A stretch of 51,903 bases of DNA from Hyphomicrobium sp. GTDB lineage: Bacteria; Pseudomonadota; Alphaproteobacteria; Rhizobiales; Hyphomicrobiaceae. The stretch covers positions 1-51,903 of the forward strand of contig JANNUW010000024.1 of assembly GCA_031414095.1 (NCBI GenBank). The letters are read 5' to 3'. A program made the translations under genes and the position numbers. Shown piece by piece: positions 1 to 10,139 of the stretch. Under the pieces are notes generated by a model. It was not told where the DNA came from. It did no database searches and saw only the letters and a list, made by a program, of their open reading frames with translations. The first letter of the stretch is position 1, and every line of letters begins with the position of its first letter.

Positions 1-3000
1 CGCAAAAACTTGCCGAGCGCATTCTACAGTCAATTGCCCAAACTGGCGGACGGTCCTCTAGCTGGATACCCCCGTATCCTGGGCGTGGCCTGGGCGTTCG
101 TGGCTCACACCGACAGCTATTTCGATTACAAATTGCTGCAAGCTTTTGTTGGAGCCTATCAGCGCGTCGAAGCGCTGACGATCGGCGAGTTGTGGGTTTT
201 GCCGCTCACGCTTAGGCTTGTACTCGTTGAAAACCTGCGGCGCGCAGGACGCCGGATTTTGTCGAGCCGCGAAGAACGCAAGGCGGCCGACGAACTCGCC
301 GACCGGCTCGCAAATAACCCCGATAGGACGCTCGAGCTCCTTTCGTCAGCGTCGGTCAACGGCCGGCGCGGGGAACTGCGATCAGCCTTCATTGCGCAGC
401 TCATGCACCGCTATGGCGACGCGACGGGCGATGTCAGATCGGCCCGCGAATGGCTAGGCACGCAGCTGTCTGAATCCAAAACGACGCCCGAAGACGTGGT
501 TGCTCGCGAGCACCAAAGTATCGGCGCGACGAACAACAGCGTGCGCCACATCATCCGCAGCATGCGGGTGATGCCGGATATCAAGTGGGCCGACTTCGTC
601 GAAAGCGTCAGTCTTGTCGACGTCGAGTTGGGAGAATATCCGCTGTTTGCGGAAATGGACTTCCCGACACGCAACTCCTATCGCAACGCGATCGAGTATC
701 TGGCGCGGAGATCACCGTTGGCCGAGCGGGAAATCGCACGTCTGGCTGTGACGCTGGCCAAACGTGCGGCCCCGAATACTAAAGCGTGCGACCCGGGGTT
801 TTATTTGCTTGGACATGGCCGGCCGCTACTCGAGGCAGAAATAAACTTCCGGCGAATGGCGCGTGATATTCCCGCGGCTGTCACGCAAAAAGGCGGCCTG
901 CCGGGGTATGTCGCAAGTGTTGCTTTTCTGACCGTTGCGATTCTGGCTATTCCGATGCTTGCCCTCGTCGGGCAGAGCTTGCCGCCGGGTGTGCTCGTGC
1001 TGCTGGCGGTGTTCGGCTTCCTGCCAGCATTTGATTTGGCGATCGCAGTGGTCAATCAGGCGATCACGCACGAAGTGCAACCGCAGATCATACCGGGCCT
1101 CGAACTTTTACATGGAGTGTCTGAAGAAGCACGTACGCTCATTGTCATACCGACTTTGTTCGCAAACTCCGAGGGTATCGACGAACTGCTCAACCGGTTG
1201 GAGATCCACTACCTCGCAACTCAAGAAAAGAACGTTTTTTTCGCGCTTCTGTCTGACTGGACGGATGCGGCGGCCGGGCTGTCGGAGCGCGATGCCGATC
1301 TTCTCAATCGAGCCCGCGGCGGCATAGATAACCTCAACCGCCAGTATGCGGATGCGTCGGCCGGACAAGATCTGTTTTATGTATTCCATCGTAAGCGGCA
1401 CTGGAATCCATCTGAAGACCGGTGGATGGGTTGGGAGCGTAAGCGCGGCAAGCTGCACGAATTGAACCGGTATTTGCGGGGCGCAAAAGATACGTCCTTC
1501 ATACCTGCGGAGGCCGCGGGCAACGACTATCCGCATGGTATCAAGTATATTATCACGCTCGATTCCGACACCCGCCTGCCGCGTGAGGCCGCGCGCCGGC
1601 TTATCGGCAAAATGATTCATCCCCTCAACAAGCCCGTATTTTCCGATGCGAGGCAAAATATTTTCGACGGCTACGCGGTTCTGCAGCCGCGCGTTACTCC
1701 AGCACTTCCCGCGGCTCAAGATGCCACGCTGCTGCAAAGACTGTTTTCGTCAGGTGGCGGTATAGATCCGTACGCGGGCGCAATATCGGACGTCTATCAG
1801 GATTTGTTCGATGAAGGATCGTTTGCCGGCAAAGGCATCTATGACATCGACGCCTTCGAACGGGCGATCGGCGAACGATTTCCAGAAAACACAGTGCTCA
1901 GCCACGATTTGCTGGAAGGCCTCTACAGCCGCGCCGGTCTTGCGACCGACGTCGAGTTTATCGAAGAATTTCCCAGCCGCTATGACGTGGCGCGTGCCCG
2001 CGACCATCGATGGGTCCGGGGTGATTGGCAGCTGCTGCCCTGGATTCTTGCCGGCCGGGCTTATTTCAGGCGCACACCCGGCGATATGCCCGACGGCTTG
2101 ACGGCGCTTGGCCGATGGAAACTCATCGACAATCTGCGGCGTTCGCTGACGCCGATCGCGCTGGTTATCGCATTGATCATCGGCTGGCATCAGCCGTTCG
2201 TGGCAGCGGCGATTTGGACCGTATTCATTCTGATCTCGATCGGCATTCCGACATTCCTGTCGATCGCTGCGAACATAGTGGGGAATGATAACAATACGAC
2301 GCTAAAAAGCCACTTTGAGGCTCTCGGGCACGATGCGCTGCTCGCGGCTTTGCAATCGACTTTGCATTTGACGCTCGTTGCCGACAAGGCCGTGTCTATG
2401 GCAGATGCGATCGGGCGCACGCTCTATCGCTTGTTCGTCAGCCGCAAACATTTGCTCGAGTGGACAACCGCAGCACAGTCAAAGGCGATGGCGGCGCTGA
2501 CCACTACTGCGTACTATCGGCAGATGTGGGGAAGCGTTGCGATCGGCTTAGTGTCGGCGCTCCTGGTCGCGCGCTCGGGCTCGCAATCCCTGACGGTTGC
2601 CGGGCCCGTTATCGCACTGTGGATCGCAGCGCCTGCGATTGCGCATTGGGTGAGCTTCCGGCCAGCGGGCACCAAGCGCGAACAATTGACTGCTGACAAC
2701 CGGACGAAGCTCAGAGCGTTGGCCCGACGGACATGGCTCTTTTTCGAAGAATTCGTAACGTCTGAGGATCATTATCTTCCACCTGACAATTTTCAGGAAG
2801 CCCCGCGGCCCGTTGTGGCACATCGGACGTCTCCCACCAACGTTGGCCTCTACATGATGTCAACGGTGAGCGCCTACGACTTCGGCTGGATATCTGTATT
2901 GGAAGCGGCCGAACGCTTGGAACAGACGCTCCGCTCCCTCACCGAACTCGCGCGCTACAAAGGTCATTTTTATAACTGGTATGACACCCGCGCGATGGCG

Positions 3001-6000
3001 GTCCTGGAGCCGCGCTATGTGTCCTCGGTCGACAGCGGCAATCTTGCAGGGCATTTGATTGTCATCGCCGTCGCTTGCCGGGAATGGGCTGCTAAAAAGG
3101 GTGCGAACCCGGCCGCCGGCGACGGGATTGGCGATTGCCTGGCGCTTTTAGATTCGGCATTGCCATTGGAATTGCGCAGCGCGGCCGTGGCAGCGGCGAT
3201 CGATCGGTTCCGGTCCTTTGCCGGCACTGCTCAGCCCATGCGCGACGAGCAGCGTTACTGGACCGAGGTGCATCAAAGCGCGCAGGAGTTGTCCGATCTC
3301 CTCGACCATTCGGTGGCCGCCCCAACGGCCATCAGAAGCGCGCGGGCGATTGCGCGAACGGCCCACAGCCACCTACTTTACGCGGAACTCGACGCCGATG
3401 GCGCGCGCGGGCTTCGGCGCCGGCTGACGGCGATCGCCGACGCATCTGAATACATGGCCATGTCCATGGAATTCGGTTTTCTCATCGAACCCGAGCGCGA
3501 GCTGTTGTCTGTCGGTTATTCGGTCGACGAGGAGAAGCTCGACCAGAGCTGCTACGATTTGCTCGCATCGGAGGCTCGGCTGGCCAGCTTCTTCGGCATC
3601 GCCAAAGGTGACTTGCCGCCACGCCATTGGTTCAGGCTCGGCCGCACACTGCTGCCCGTCAGTGGCCGTTCCGTGCTGATGTCCTGGTCTGGCTCGATGT
3701 TCGAATACCTGATGCCGGATCTCGTCACGTTAACGCCGCCCGACAGTTTGCTTGGCAGCACTGTCCGCGCCGCCGTCGACGAGCAGATGCAATTCGGTGC
3801 AAAGAACAACACCCCGTGGGGCGTGTCAGAATCAGCGTTCAACGCGCGCGACATCGAATTTACGTATCAGTACTCGAGCTTCGGCGTTCAAGAACTTGGG
3901 TTGAAGCGCGGCCTGGGCGACGATCTCGTCATCGCACCTTATGCCACGGCGCTTGCCAGCATGGTGGCGCCCAACGCTGCGGCGGCTAACTATGGTGAGC
4001 TGGCCAAAATCGGCGGTTGCGGAGCCTATGGTTTTTACGAAGCCATCGATTTCACGCCAGCGCGCGTCGCAATTGCCGAGCGCTGTGAAGTCATCAAAGC
4101 CTACATGGCACACCATCAGGGTATGACGATCGTGGCTCTCGCCAACACAATCCTCGATAACGCCATCGCCAAGCGCTTCCACACGGCACCGATGGTGCAA
4201 GCGGCCGAGCTGTTGCTTCAGGAGAGGGCGCCGCGCCTCGTCCCCAAGGCGGTACAACGGGCAACGCTGATCAAGGCCCGGCCGGATGATGAAGACCTGA
4301 GTTTAGCCGGCGGCCGCCGTGTAGCCGTCAACCGGGGGCCTACTCCGGACTGTCACGTTCTGGCGAATGGCCGGTTGAGCGTTTTCGTGACGGCGGCGGG
4401 ATCTGGCTACACGCGCTGGAAGACGTTGGCGGTGACGCGCTGGCAGGCTGATCCCGCCCTCGACAATCTCGGCTCGTATGTTTACCTGCGAGACGTGCAT
4501 AGCGGTTCCGTATGGTCGGCTGGCCATCAGCCGGTGGGCGCTGGCGCATCGAGTGCGGAGGCAGCGTTCACAGAAGACAGGGTGCAGCTATCGCGCACCG
4601 ACGGCAAATTGCAGACCGTGCTCGACGTCATCGTCTCTCCGGAGGATGACGCTACGTGCCGCCGCGTCAGTATCAAGAATACCGGCCGTAAGGTCCGAAC
4701 GATCGAAGTCACCAGCTACGAAGAGCTTGTGCTGGCGCCGTTAGATTCCGACACCGCACATCCGGCCTTTTCGAAATTGTTCGTCGAGACCGAGTTCGAT
4801 GAGGACGCGGGCGCGATCCTCGCAACCAGGCGGCGGCGCGGACCCGACGACCCCCACATTCACGCGGCCTCGTTTGTGGCAGCAGACGGCGCACCATCGA
4901 CGAAATTTGAATTCGAAACCGACCGCGCTAAATTCATTGGCCGCAGCCGGACGCTGGTGTCGCCCATCGCGATCATCAGCGGGCGTCCGTTGGAAGGCAA
5001 TGTTGGCCCTGTCCTCGATCCCGTGTTTGCGATCCGGCGGCGCGTGACTATTCCCCCCGGTGCGACCGCGCGGGTATCGTTCTGGACCGTTGTGGCGGCC
5101 AGCCGCGAGTCTATTCTACCCTTGATCGCCAAGTACAAAGACGGCGCAACGTTTGCCCGTTCTGCAACGCTTGCTTGGACGCACGGACTTGTCGAGCTGC
5201 GCCACCTCGGCATCGAGGCGGACGACGCGATGTTGTTCCAGCAGCTTGCCGGCGCGTTGGTCTATTCAGCACCAGCACTGCGGGCTTCGGAGCCAGTCAT
5301 ACAGGCTGGCGCGCTCGGCTTCAGCGCGCTGTGGACCGCTGGTATATCCGGCGATCTGCCCATCGTTCTCGTACGCATTGAAGAGGTCGAAGATCTGAGC
5401 CTCGTGCGTCAGCTGCTGCACGCGTATGAATACTGGCGCAACAAGGGCATCGAGGTCGATCTCGTGATCCTCAATGAGCATTCGGCATCCTATCACCAGG
5501 AATTGCAGACGGCGTTGGAAACAATGTGTCAATCCGTTCCGAGCCGCCACCGGCTGGCGCGCGACAACACAAAGGGGTCGGTCTACCTTTTGCGCGCCGA
5601 TCTGATGCAATCCTCCACGCTTGCCGCACTTCCCGCAGCAGCGCGCGCCGTTTTCAGAGCGCGGCGGGGTGCACTCGCGGAACAGATCATCCGCCTCACA
5701 TCGCGTTCGTCGATTAGCGTCGCGCCTCCGCCCAGACTCGCGCCGGCCGAAGTTTCGACGCGGCGTGTCGATGCTACGGACCTTGAGTTCTTTAACGGTT
5801 ATGGCGGTTTTCGCCGGGACGGCCGCGAATATGTTGTGATCCTGAATGCCGGCCAGACGACTCCCGCGCCCTGGATCAACGTAATTGCCAACGAATCCTT
5901 CGGGTTCCAGGTGGGCGCTGACGGCGGCGGTTACAGCTGGTGCACCAATAGCCGCGAACGCCAGCTGACGCCGTGGTCGAACGACCCCGTCATTAACCGG

Positions 6001-8244
6001 CCTGGTGAGGTGTTCTATGTGCGCGACGAGGACACCGGCGAACTTTGGACACCGACCGCATCGCCCATCCGCGATCACGCCAACCCCTATATCATTGCAC
6101 ACGGACAGGGGTACACACGCTTCGAACATTCCTCTCGCGGCATCGAGCTCGTGCTCGAAGTGTTCGTCTCGCAGGACGATCCGGTCAAGATATCGAGACT
6201 GACGTTACGAAACGATTCCGGCAAGCCGCGCCGCTTGACGGTGACGAGCTACGTCGAATGGGTGCTGGGCTCGTCGCGCCGCGCCACGGCCGCGCACATC
6301 GCAACAGACTTTATCCGCGAAGATAGCGCCATCTACGCGCGCAACCCGTGGCATCATTTTTTCCCCGAGCGGGTGGCATTCTCGAGACTGTCGGGGAAAA
6401 TCGCAGGGTGGACAGCGGACCGCAATAATTTCATTGGCCATAACGGTACGCTCGATAATCCGGCAGGACTTGCCGGAACGAACTTCGTGAAGGCACAGGC
6501 CGGAACGGGTTACGATGCGTGCGCGGTCTTGCAAACGTCCGTTGTGCTGGCCGCCTCCGAGACCACCGAAATCGTCGCTCTGCTGGGAGACGCGGCCAAC
6601 AAGGATGAAGCCCGGCGGCTTGTTGCGAAATATGCGACGGTCAACGCCGGGCAAGCGCTCGTTGCCTCGGTGCAGGCGTGGGACGGCTTCCTCGACAAGA
6701 TACAAATCAAGACGCCTGATCGTGCGCTCGATCTGATGGTCAACCGATGGCTTCCCTACCAGACGCTGTCGTGCCGGTTCTGGGGCCGGTCCGGGCTCTA
6801 TCAGGCAGGCGGTGCGTTCGGATATCGCGACCAGCTGCAAGACGTTTTATCGCTTGCCGTTACCCGCCCGGATTTAACACGGGCGCATATTGTGCGGGCG
6901 GCAGGCCGGCAGTTCCCCGAGGGTGACGTGCAGCATTGGTGGCTCTCACCATCGGGCCATGGTGTGCGTACGCGCATCGCCGACAGCTGTCTGTGGCTCG
7001 CCTACGTGACCGCCCACTATGTGCAAACGACGGGCGATTTAACGCTGCTCGATGAGGACGTAGCCTTCATCGACGGCCCCAAGCTCAAGGATCACGAGCA
7101 CGAATTGTACTTTCTACCGACGCACGCCGATGAATCGGCGTCCGTATTCGAGCACTGCGCGCGGACACTCGACCGCACCCTGGGCACCGGCGCGCATGGC
7201 CTCACGCTCATGGGCGGCGGCGACTGGAACGACGGTATGAATCGCGTCGGAATCGAAGGACGGGGCGAAAGCGTATGGATGAGCTGGTTCTTGATGACGT
7301 GTCTCAATGCCATGATTCCGCTTGCGACAGCCCGGGGCGAAACGCAGCGTGTTGAAATCTGGCGCGCACACGTCGCGAAATTGCAGGCGGCGCTCGAGGA
7401 ACATGGCTGGGATGGCAAGTGGTACCGCCGCGGGTTTTTCGACAATGGAGAACCGCTCGGCAGTGCGGCAAGCGAAGAATGCCAGATCGATACCATCGCG
7501 CAATCATGGAGCGTCATTTCCGGCATGGGAGATCCCAAACGGGCGCGCATCGCTATGACTTCGGTTCAAGACTCGCTGATCGACTACGATGACAAGCTGG
7601 CGCTTTTGTTTTCACCGCCGTTCGACCAAACCAAATTGGACCCGGGCTATATCAAAGGCTATCCACCCGGTATCCGGGAAAATGGCGGCCAGTATACACA
7701 CGCGGCCGCGTGGAGCGTGATCGCCTTGGCGGAACTAGGCGATGGCGATGCAGCCGGCCGATTGTTGTCGATCATAAATCCGGTCAACCTGTCTGCCAAC
7801 CGCTCCGACAGCCGCCGTTACCGGCTCGAGCCTTATGTTGTGGCCGCCGACGTGTATTCCGTCGGCCAGAACAGAGGCCGCGGCGGGTGGTCGTGGTACA
7901 CGGGCGCTGCCGGCTGGATCTACCGCGCCGCCCTTGAGCATGTCCTGGGTGTTCGAAAAGAAGGCGCCACGTTGATGATTTCTCCGTGTATCCCGAAAGC
8001 CTGGCCGCAATTCGAACTGACGTACAACGACGGTACTTCGACCTATAGGATCGTCGTCAATAATCCGGCCGGGGTCTCGCGCGGCATTGTGGGGGCGACC
8101 CTGAATGACAAACCATTGCAAATTCGCGATGGGGTTGCCGTGTTAGTGCCTCTGGCTGGGGAAGCAAAATCGCACGTTATTCATTTGACGATGGGCAGTC
8201 GCCAGGAAGCCGTTTCAGATCCGCTGTCTGCTTCGGCTGCATGA
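1..8244 (+). CDS. ndvB: cyclic beta-1,2-glucan synthase (glycosyltransferase plus glucan-phosphorylase-like C-terminal region), 5'-partial
   Basis: One 2744-codon ORF. The frame is open back to base 1 and the first listed start is only a TTG at 10, so the true N-terminus is probably outside the window. It has multi-pass TM segments, glycosyltransferase motifs LDSDTRLP and HRWVRGDWQ, then a very long C-terminal region. Size and architecture match NdvB/ChvB/Cgs. Confidence 0.9.
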   Translation, partial: RKNLPSAFYSQLPKLADGPLAGYPRILGVAWAFVAHTDSYFDYKLLQAFVGAYQRVEALTIGELWVLPLTLRLVLVENLRRAGRRILSSREERKAADELADRLANNPDRTLELLSSASVNGRRGELRSAFIAQLMHRYGDATGDVRSAREWLGTQLSESKTTPEDVVAREHQSIGATNNSVRHIIRSMRVMPDIKWADFVESVSLVDVELGEYPLFAEMDFPTRNSYRNAIEYLARRSPLAEREIARLAVTLAKRAAPNTKACDPGFYLLGHGRPLLEAEINFRRMARDIPAAVTQKGGLPGYVASVAFLTVAILAIPMLALVGQSLPPGVLVLLAVFGFLPAFDLAIAVVNQAITHEVQPQIIPGLELLHGVSEEARTLIVIPTLFANSEGIDELLNRLEIHYLATQEKNVFFALLSDWTDAAAGLSERDADLLNRARGGIDNLNRQYADASAGQDLFYVFHRKRHWNPSEDRWMGWERKRGKLHELNRYLRGAKDTSFIPAEAAGNDYPHGIKYIITLDSDTRLPREAARRLIGKMIHPLNKPVFSDARQNIFDGYAVLQPRVTPALPAAQDATLLQRLFSSGGGIDPYAGAISDVYQDLFDEGSFAGKGIYDIDAFERAIGERFPENTVLSHDLLEGLYSRAGLATDVEFIEEFPSRYDVARARDHRWVRGDWQLLPWILAGRAYFRRTPGDMPDGLTALGRWKLIDNLRRSLTPIALVIALIIGWHQPFVAAAIWTVFILISIGIPTFLSIAANIVGNDNNTTLKSHFEALGHDALLAALQSTLHLTLVADKAVSMADAIGRTLYRLFVSRKHLLEWTTAAQSKAMAALTTTAYYRQMWGSVAIGLVSALLVARSGSQSLTVAGPVIALWIAAPAIAHWVSFRPAGTKREQLTADNRTKLRALARRTWLFFEEFVTSEDHYLPPDNFQEAPRPVVAHRTSPTNVGLYMMSTVSAYDFGWISVLEAAERLEQTLRSLTELARYKGHFYNWYDTRAMAVLEPRYVSSVDSGNLAGHLIVIAVACREWAAKKGANPAAGDGIGDCLALLDSALPLELRSAAVAAAIDRFRSFAGTAQPMRDEQRYWTEVHQSAQELSDLLDHSVAAPTAIRSARAIARTAHSHLLYAELDADGARGLRRRLTAIADASEYMAMSMEFGFLIEPERELLSVGYSVDEEKLDQSCYDLLASEARLASFFGIAKGDLPPRHWFRLGRTLLPVSGRSVLMSWSGSMFEYLMPDLVTLTPPDSLLGSTVRAAVDEQMQFGAKNNTPWGVSESAFNARDIEFTYQYSSFGVQELGLKRGLGDDLVIAPYATALASMVAPNAAAANYGELAKIGGCGAYGFYEAIDFTPARVAIAERCEVIKAYMAHHQGMTIVALANTILDNAIAKRFHTAPMVQAAELLLQERAPRLVPKAVQRATLIKARPDDEDLSLAGGRRVAVNRGPTPDCHVLANGRLSVFVTAAGSGYTRWKTLAVTRWQADPALDNLGSYVYLRDVHSGSVWSAGHQPVGAGASSAEAAFTEDRVQLSRTDGKLQTVLDVIVSPEDDATCRRVSIKNTGRKVRTIEVTSYEELVLAPLDSDTAHPAFSKLFVETEFDEDAGAILATRRRRGPDDPHIHAASFVAADGAPSTKFEFETDRAKFIGRSRTLVSPIAIISGRPLEGNVGPVLDPVFAIRRRVTIPPGATARVSFWTVVAASRESILPLIAKYKDGATFARSATLAWTHGLVELRHLGIEADDAMLFQQLAGALVYSAPALRASEPVIQAGALGFSALWTAGISGDLPIVLVRIEEVEDLSLVRQLLHAYEYWRNKGIEVDLVILNEHSASYHQELQTALETMCQSVPSRHRLARDNTKGSVYLLRADLMQSSTLAALPAAARAVFRARRGALAEQIIRLTSRSSISVAPPPRLAPAEVSTRRVDATDLEFFNGYGGFRRDGREYVVILNAGQTTPAPWINVIANESFGFQVGADGGGYSWCTNSRERQLTPWSNDPVINRPGEVFYVRDEDTGELWTPTASPIRDHANPYIIAHGQGYTRFEHSSRGIELVLEVFVSQDDPVKISRLTLRNDSGKPRRLTVTSYVEWVLGSSRRATAAHIATDFIREDSAIYARNPWHHFFPERVAFSRLSGKIAGWTADRNNFIGHNGTLDNPAGLAGTNFVKAQAGTGYDACAVLQTSVVLAASETTEIVALLGDAANKDEARRLVAKYATVNAGQALVASVQAWDGFLDKIQIKTPDRALDLMVNRWLPYQTLSCRFWGRSGLYQAGGAFGYRDQLQDVLSLAVTRPDLTRAHIVRAAGRQFPEGDVQHWWLSPSGHGVRTRIADSCLWLAYVTAHYVQTTGDLTLLDEDVAFIDGPKLKDHEHELYFLPTHADESASVFEHCARTLDRTLGTGAHGLTLMGGGDWNDGMNRVGIEGRGESVWMSWFLMTCLNAMIPLATARGETQRVEIWRAHVAKLQAALEEHGWDGKWYRRGFFDNGEPLGSAASEECQIDTIAQSWSVISGMGDPKRARIAMTSVQDSLIDYDDKLALLFSPPFDQTKLDPGYIKGYPPGIRENGGQYTHAAAWSVIALAELGDGDAAGRLLSIINPVNLSANRSDSRRYRLEPYVVAADVYSVGQNRGRGGWSWYTGAAGWIYRAALEHVLGVRKEGATLMISPCIPKAWPQFELTYNDGTSTYRIVVNNPAGVSRGIVGATLNDKPLQIRDGVAVLVPLAGEAKSHVIHLTMGSRQEAVSDPLSASAA

Positions 8245-8321
8245 CGAGCGGCGTGGGAACTCGCAGTGAGATCTAAGCGTTTATGGCATATCGTAATTCA
8301 ACCATAAGTGAGGTCCCACAA

Positions 8322-8618
8322 ATGTATCGATCCGCATTAGCTGCCATTGCGTTGGCTTTGGCATCCTCGTCGGGCATGGCTGCAGAAGACAAGAGCTTGC
8401 CCGGCAAGGCAATGGACGATCACCCAGGCACGACGGGCGGCGCTACTGCAGCTCCGACAGTGAAGCCCGAATCGGGCAGCCTGTCTGAAAAGGCGATGCA
8501 GGACCAGCCGGGTGTGAACAAAGATAAGACCGGCGCGACGGCCGATCCCAACGCGGTACCTGAGGACAGCAGCCTCGCAGGCAAGGCAGCAAAAGACACT
8601 CCGACTGCAACGAAGTAG
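8322..8618 (+). CDS. small secreted protein with three internal repeats (hypothetical)
   Basis: ATG at 8322 is preceded by GTGAGG and starts a signal-peptide-like MYRSALAAIALALASSSGMAAE. The mature part repeats the motif SL-x-GKA/EKA-M-x-D-x-PG three times. A hairpin terminator follows. The ORF-track start at 8283 adds a non-signal extension and is less likely. Confidence 0.6.
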   Translation: MYRSALAAIALALASSSGMAAEDKSLPGKAMDDHPGTTGGATAAPTVKPESGSLSEKAMQDQPGVNKDKTGATADPNAVPEDSSLAGKAAKDTPTATK

Positions 8619-8623
8619 AAAAA

Positions 8624-8652
8624 AAGGGATCCTAAGCGGGTCCCTTCTTTTT
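8624..8652 (+). terminator. rho-independent terminator
   Basis: AAGGGATCC-taagc-GGGTCCCTT forms a 9-bp stem with one G:U pair. It is followed by CTTTTT, immediately after the stop at 8618. Confidence 0.7.
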
Positions 8653-8679
8653 CGCTCTGTTTTTGCTAACGTCACAACA

Positions 8680-8710
8680 AAAAAGCCGGCTCATTTAGAG
8701 CCGGCTTTTT
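8680..8710. terminator. bidirectional rho-independent terminator
   Basis: AAAAAGCCGGCTC-attta-GAGCCGGCTTTTT is a perfect GC-rich stem flanked by an A-tract and a T-tract. It lies between the convergent genes ending at 8618 (+) and 8735 (-). Confidence 0.75.
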
Positions 8711-8734
8711 CAATGTGGAAATAACCTGACAAGT

Positions 8735-9310
8735 TTAACGCGTGGGACCAGGCCTGTTGATTTCGCCCTGCCTATACGCTTCTGAGTCCGCTTCGCCACC
8801 GCGCCAACCAGCCGACGAGTACTCGTCGCGGCGGTCGGCAGTGTTCACAGGGCCGTGGCGACGGAGGATGGTATCGGCTTGCTGCCAGCGGCTGTCATCC
8901 GCGCGTACTGTCACGAGCGAGCCGCCGCGGCGTATGCCTTCTGCGTAGACGTCGGCATCTGCGCGGTCGACGCCGTAATCAGTAAGAGCACCGATCAAGC
9001 CGCCTGCGACGGCGCCGCCCGTGGCTGTTACCAGCGTGGTGGCAAGCACGCCAGCCGCCACGACAGGGCCGATGCCGGGAATAGCCAGCATGCCCAACGC
9101 GGCCAGAATGCCAGCGCCGGCGCCAGCTACGCCGCCAATTTCAGCGCCCGTGGCCGCGCCCGACGAGTCAGTGTAGTCGTCAACACCGTCGTCTCCAGCG
9201 CGCGCAACCATGCTGACTTCGCTGCTGGTGAAGCCAGCGCTTTCAAGCTCTGCCACCGCGCGGCGCGCCTGGTTCGTGTCATCGAACATGTAACTCAAAA
9301 CACGTGTCAT
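8735..9310 (-). CDS. glycine-zipper membrane/stress protein (general-stress-protein-like, hypothetical)
   Basis: ATG at 9310 is preceded by AAAGGA. The product has an N-terminal soluble segment MTRVLSYMFDDTNQARRAVAELESAGF, a central Gly/Ala-rich zipper (GGVAGAGAGILAALGMLAIPGIGPVVAAG) and a C-terminal DADVYAEGIRRGGSLVTV motif. The ORF-track start at 9388 is an unsupported extension. Confidence 0.6.
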   Translation of the reverse strand: MTRVLSYMFDDTNQARRAVAELESAGFTSSEVSMVARAGDDGVDDYTDSSGAATGAEIGGVAGAGAGILAALGMLAIPGIGPVVAAGVLATTLVTATGGAVAGGLIGALTDYGVDRADADVYAEGIRRGGSLVTVRADDSRWQQADTILRRHGPVNTADRRDEYSSAGWRGGEADSEAYRQGEINRPGPTR

Positions 9311-9347
9311 ATCTGGTGTCCTTTTAATTGTAAAACTTGCCGGGAGG

Positions 9348-9755
9348 TTAGTTAGCTTGAACGACGTTGCCTTTGTAGTCGACGGCAACGCTCGCGGATT
9401 TGCCGGCCTTCATCGCTGTGCCGCGCCAGATCCCGTTGTCATCCTTGGCAAGAGCGGAAACGGATGTGAAACCAGCGTCAGCAATGCGCTGCTTTGCCTG
9501 TGCTTCGGTAAAGCTGTTGGCACCTGCAAGCGGTGGTTTGTTGGGATCGGCCGCCGCCGTCGTGTCCTTATTGACCGGGGCAGGAGCCGTCATCTTCGAG
9601 GGATTCGGAGCGGGCTGCTCAACGGCGGGCGTGGTCTTTTCGACGGTCGTCGGTGCAGCTGCCGGGGTTTGGGGCGGCGTTGTCTGGGCCTGGGCGCCGC
9701 CGGCTAAAGTGGCCATCAAGCCGAGCGAGCCAATAAATACGATAGGTTTGCTCAT
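9348..9755 (-). CDS. secreted small protein with PepSY-like C-terminal domain (hypothetical)
   Basis: ATG at 9755 is preceded by GGAAAGG. Signal peptide is MSKPIVFIGSLGLMATLAGGAQA, followed by a Pro/Thr/Ala linker and a C-terminal FTEAQAKQRIADAGFTSV...GIWRGTAMKAGK...VDYKGNVV. It is co-oriented and 37 nt upstream of the 8735-9310 gene. Confidence 0.6.
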   Translation of the reverse strand: MSKPIVFIGSLGLMATLAGGAQAQTTPPQTPAAAPTTVEKTTPAVEQPAPNPSKMTAPAPVNKDTTAAADPNKPPLAGANSFTEAQAKQRIADAGFTSVSALAKDDNGIWRGTAMKAGKSASVAVDYKGNVVQAN

Positions 9756-10139
9756 GGTGTAACCTTTCCCTTGAACTGGTTTATAATCACGCTGAATGAA
9801 CGTGCAGCCAGTGCAATTGTTCCGCGCTTGTGCCGGTTGGAACCATAAGACCTTTGAATTGTTTTCAGTATAAATCACGCCCTTCAAAGTACTTGAGAGG
9901 ATAGGAGAGATGTCGGAATCAAGCAGGCTTGACGACTCGCCCGAGCTTCTTCCGGCGACAATTCTTGATCTATTGAGCGCGCTTCATTGGGATTCGATTT
10001 TTGCCGAAGACGCAGATGCACAGCGCGCCAGCGTGCCAGGCCCTCCGCGTTGAGATCGGTTCACCGCTGGTAACTGGCTTCGCTCCGTTGAACGATCCCA
10101 ACGGAAAAGTTTCGGCAGCAAAGCCAGTTTGAGCTTCTA

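Noticed and set aside
1108-6840. Minus-strand ORFs inside the glucan synthase gene (1108-1737, 5266-6129, 6205-6840).
   Set aside because: They are embedded antisense in an 8.2-kb uninterrupted ORF of recognisable family and have no independent support.
9910-10053. 47-aa acidic ORF (MSESSRLDDSPELLPATILDLLSALHWDSIFAEDADAQRASVPGPPR) with a GGAGAG upstream.
   Set aside because: It has no recognisable motif, sits in a spacer between two minus-strand genes, and is too short to judge by composition. I kept it as a note rather than a feature.
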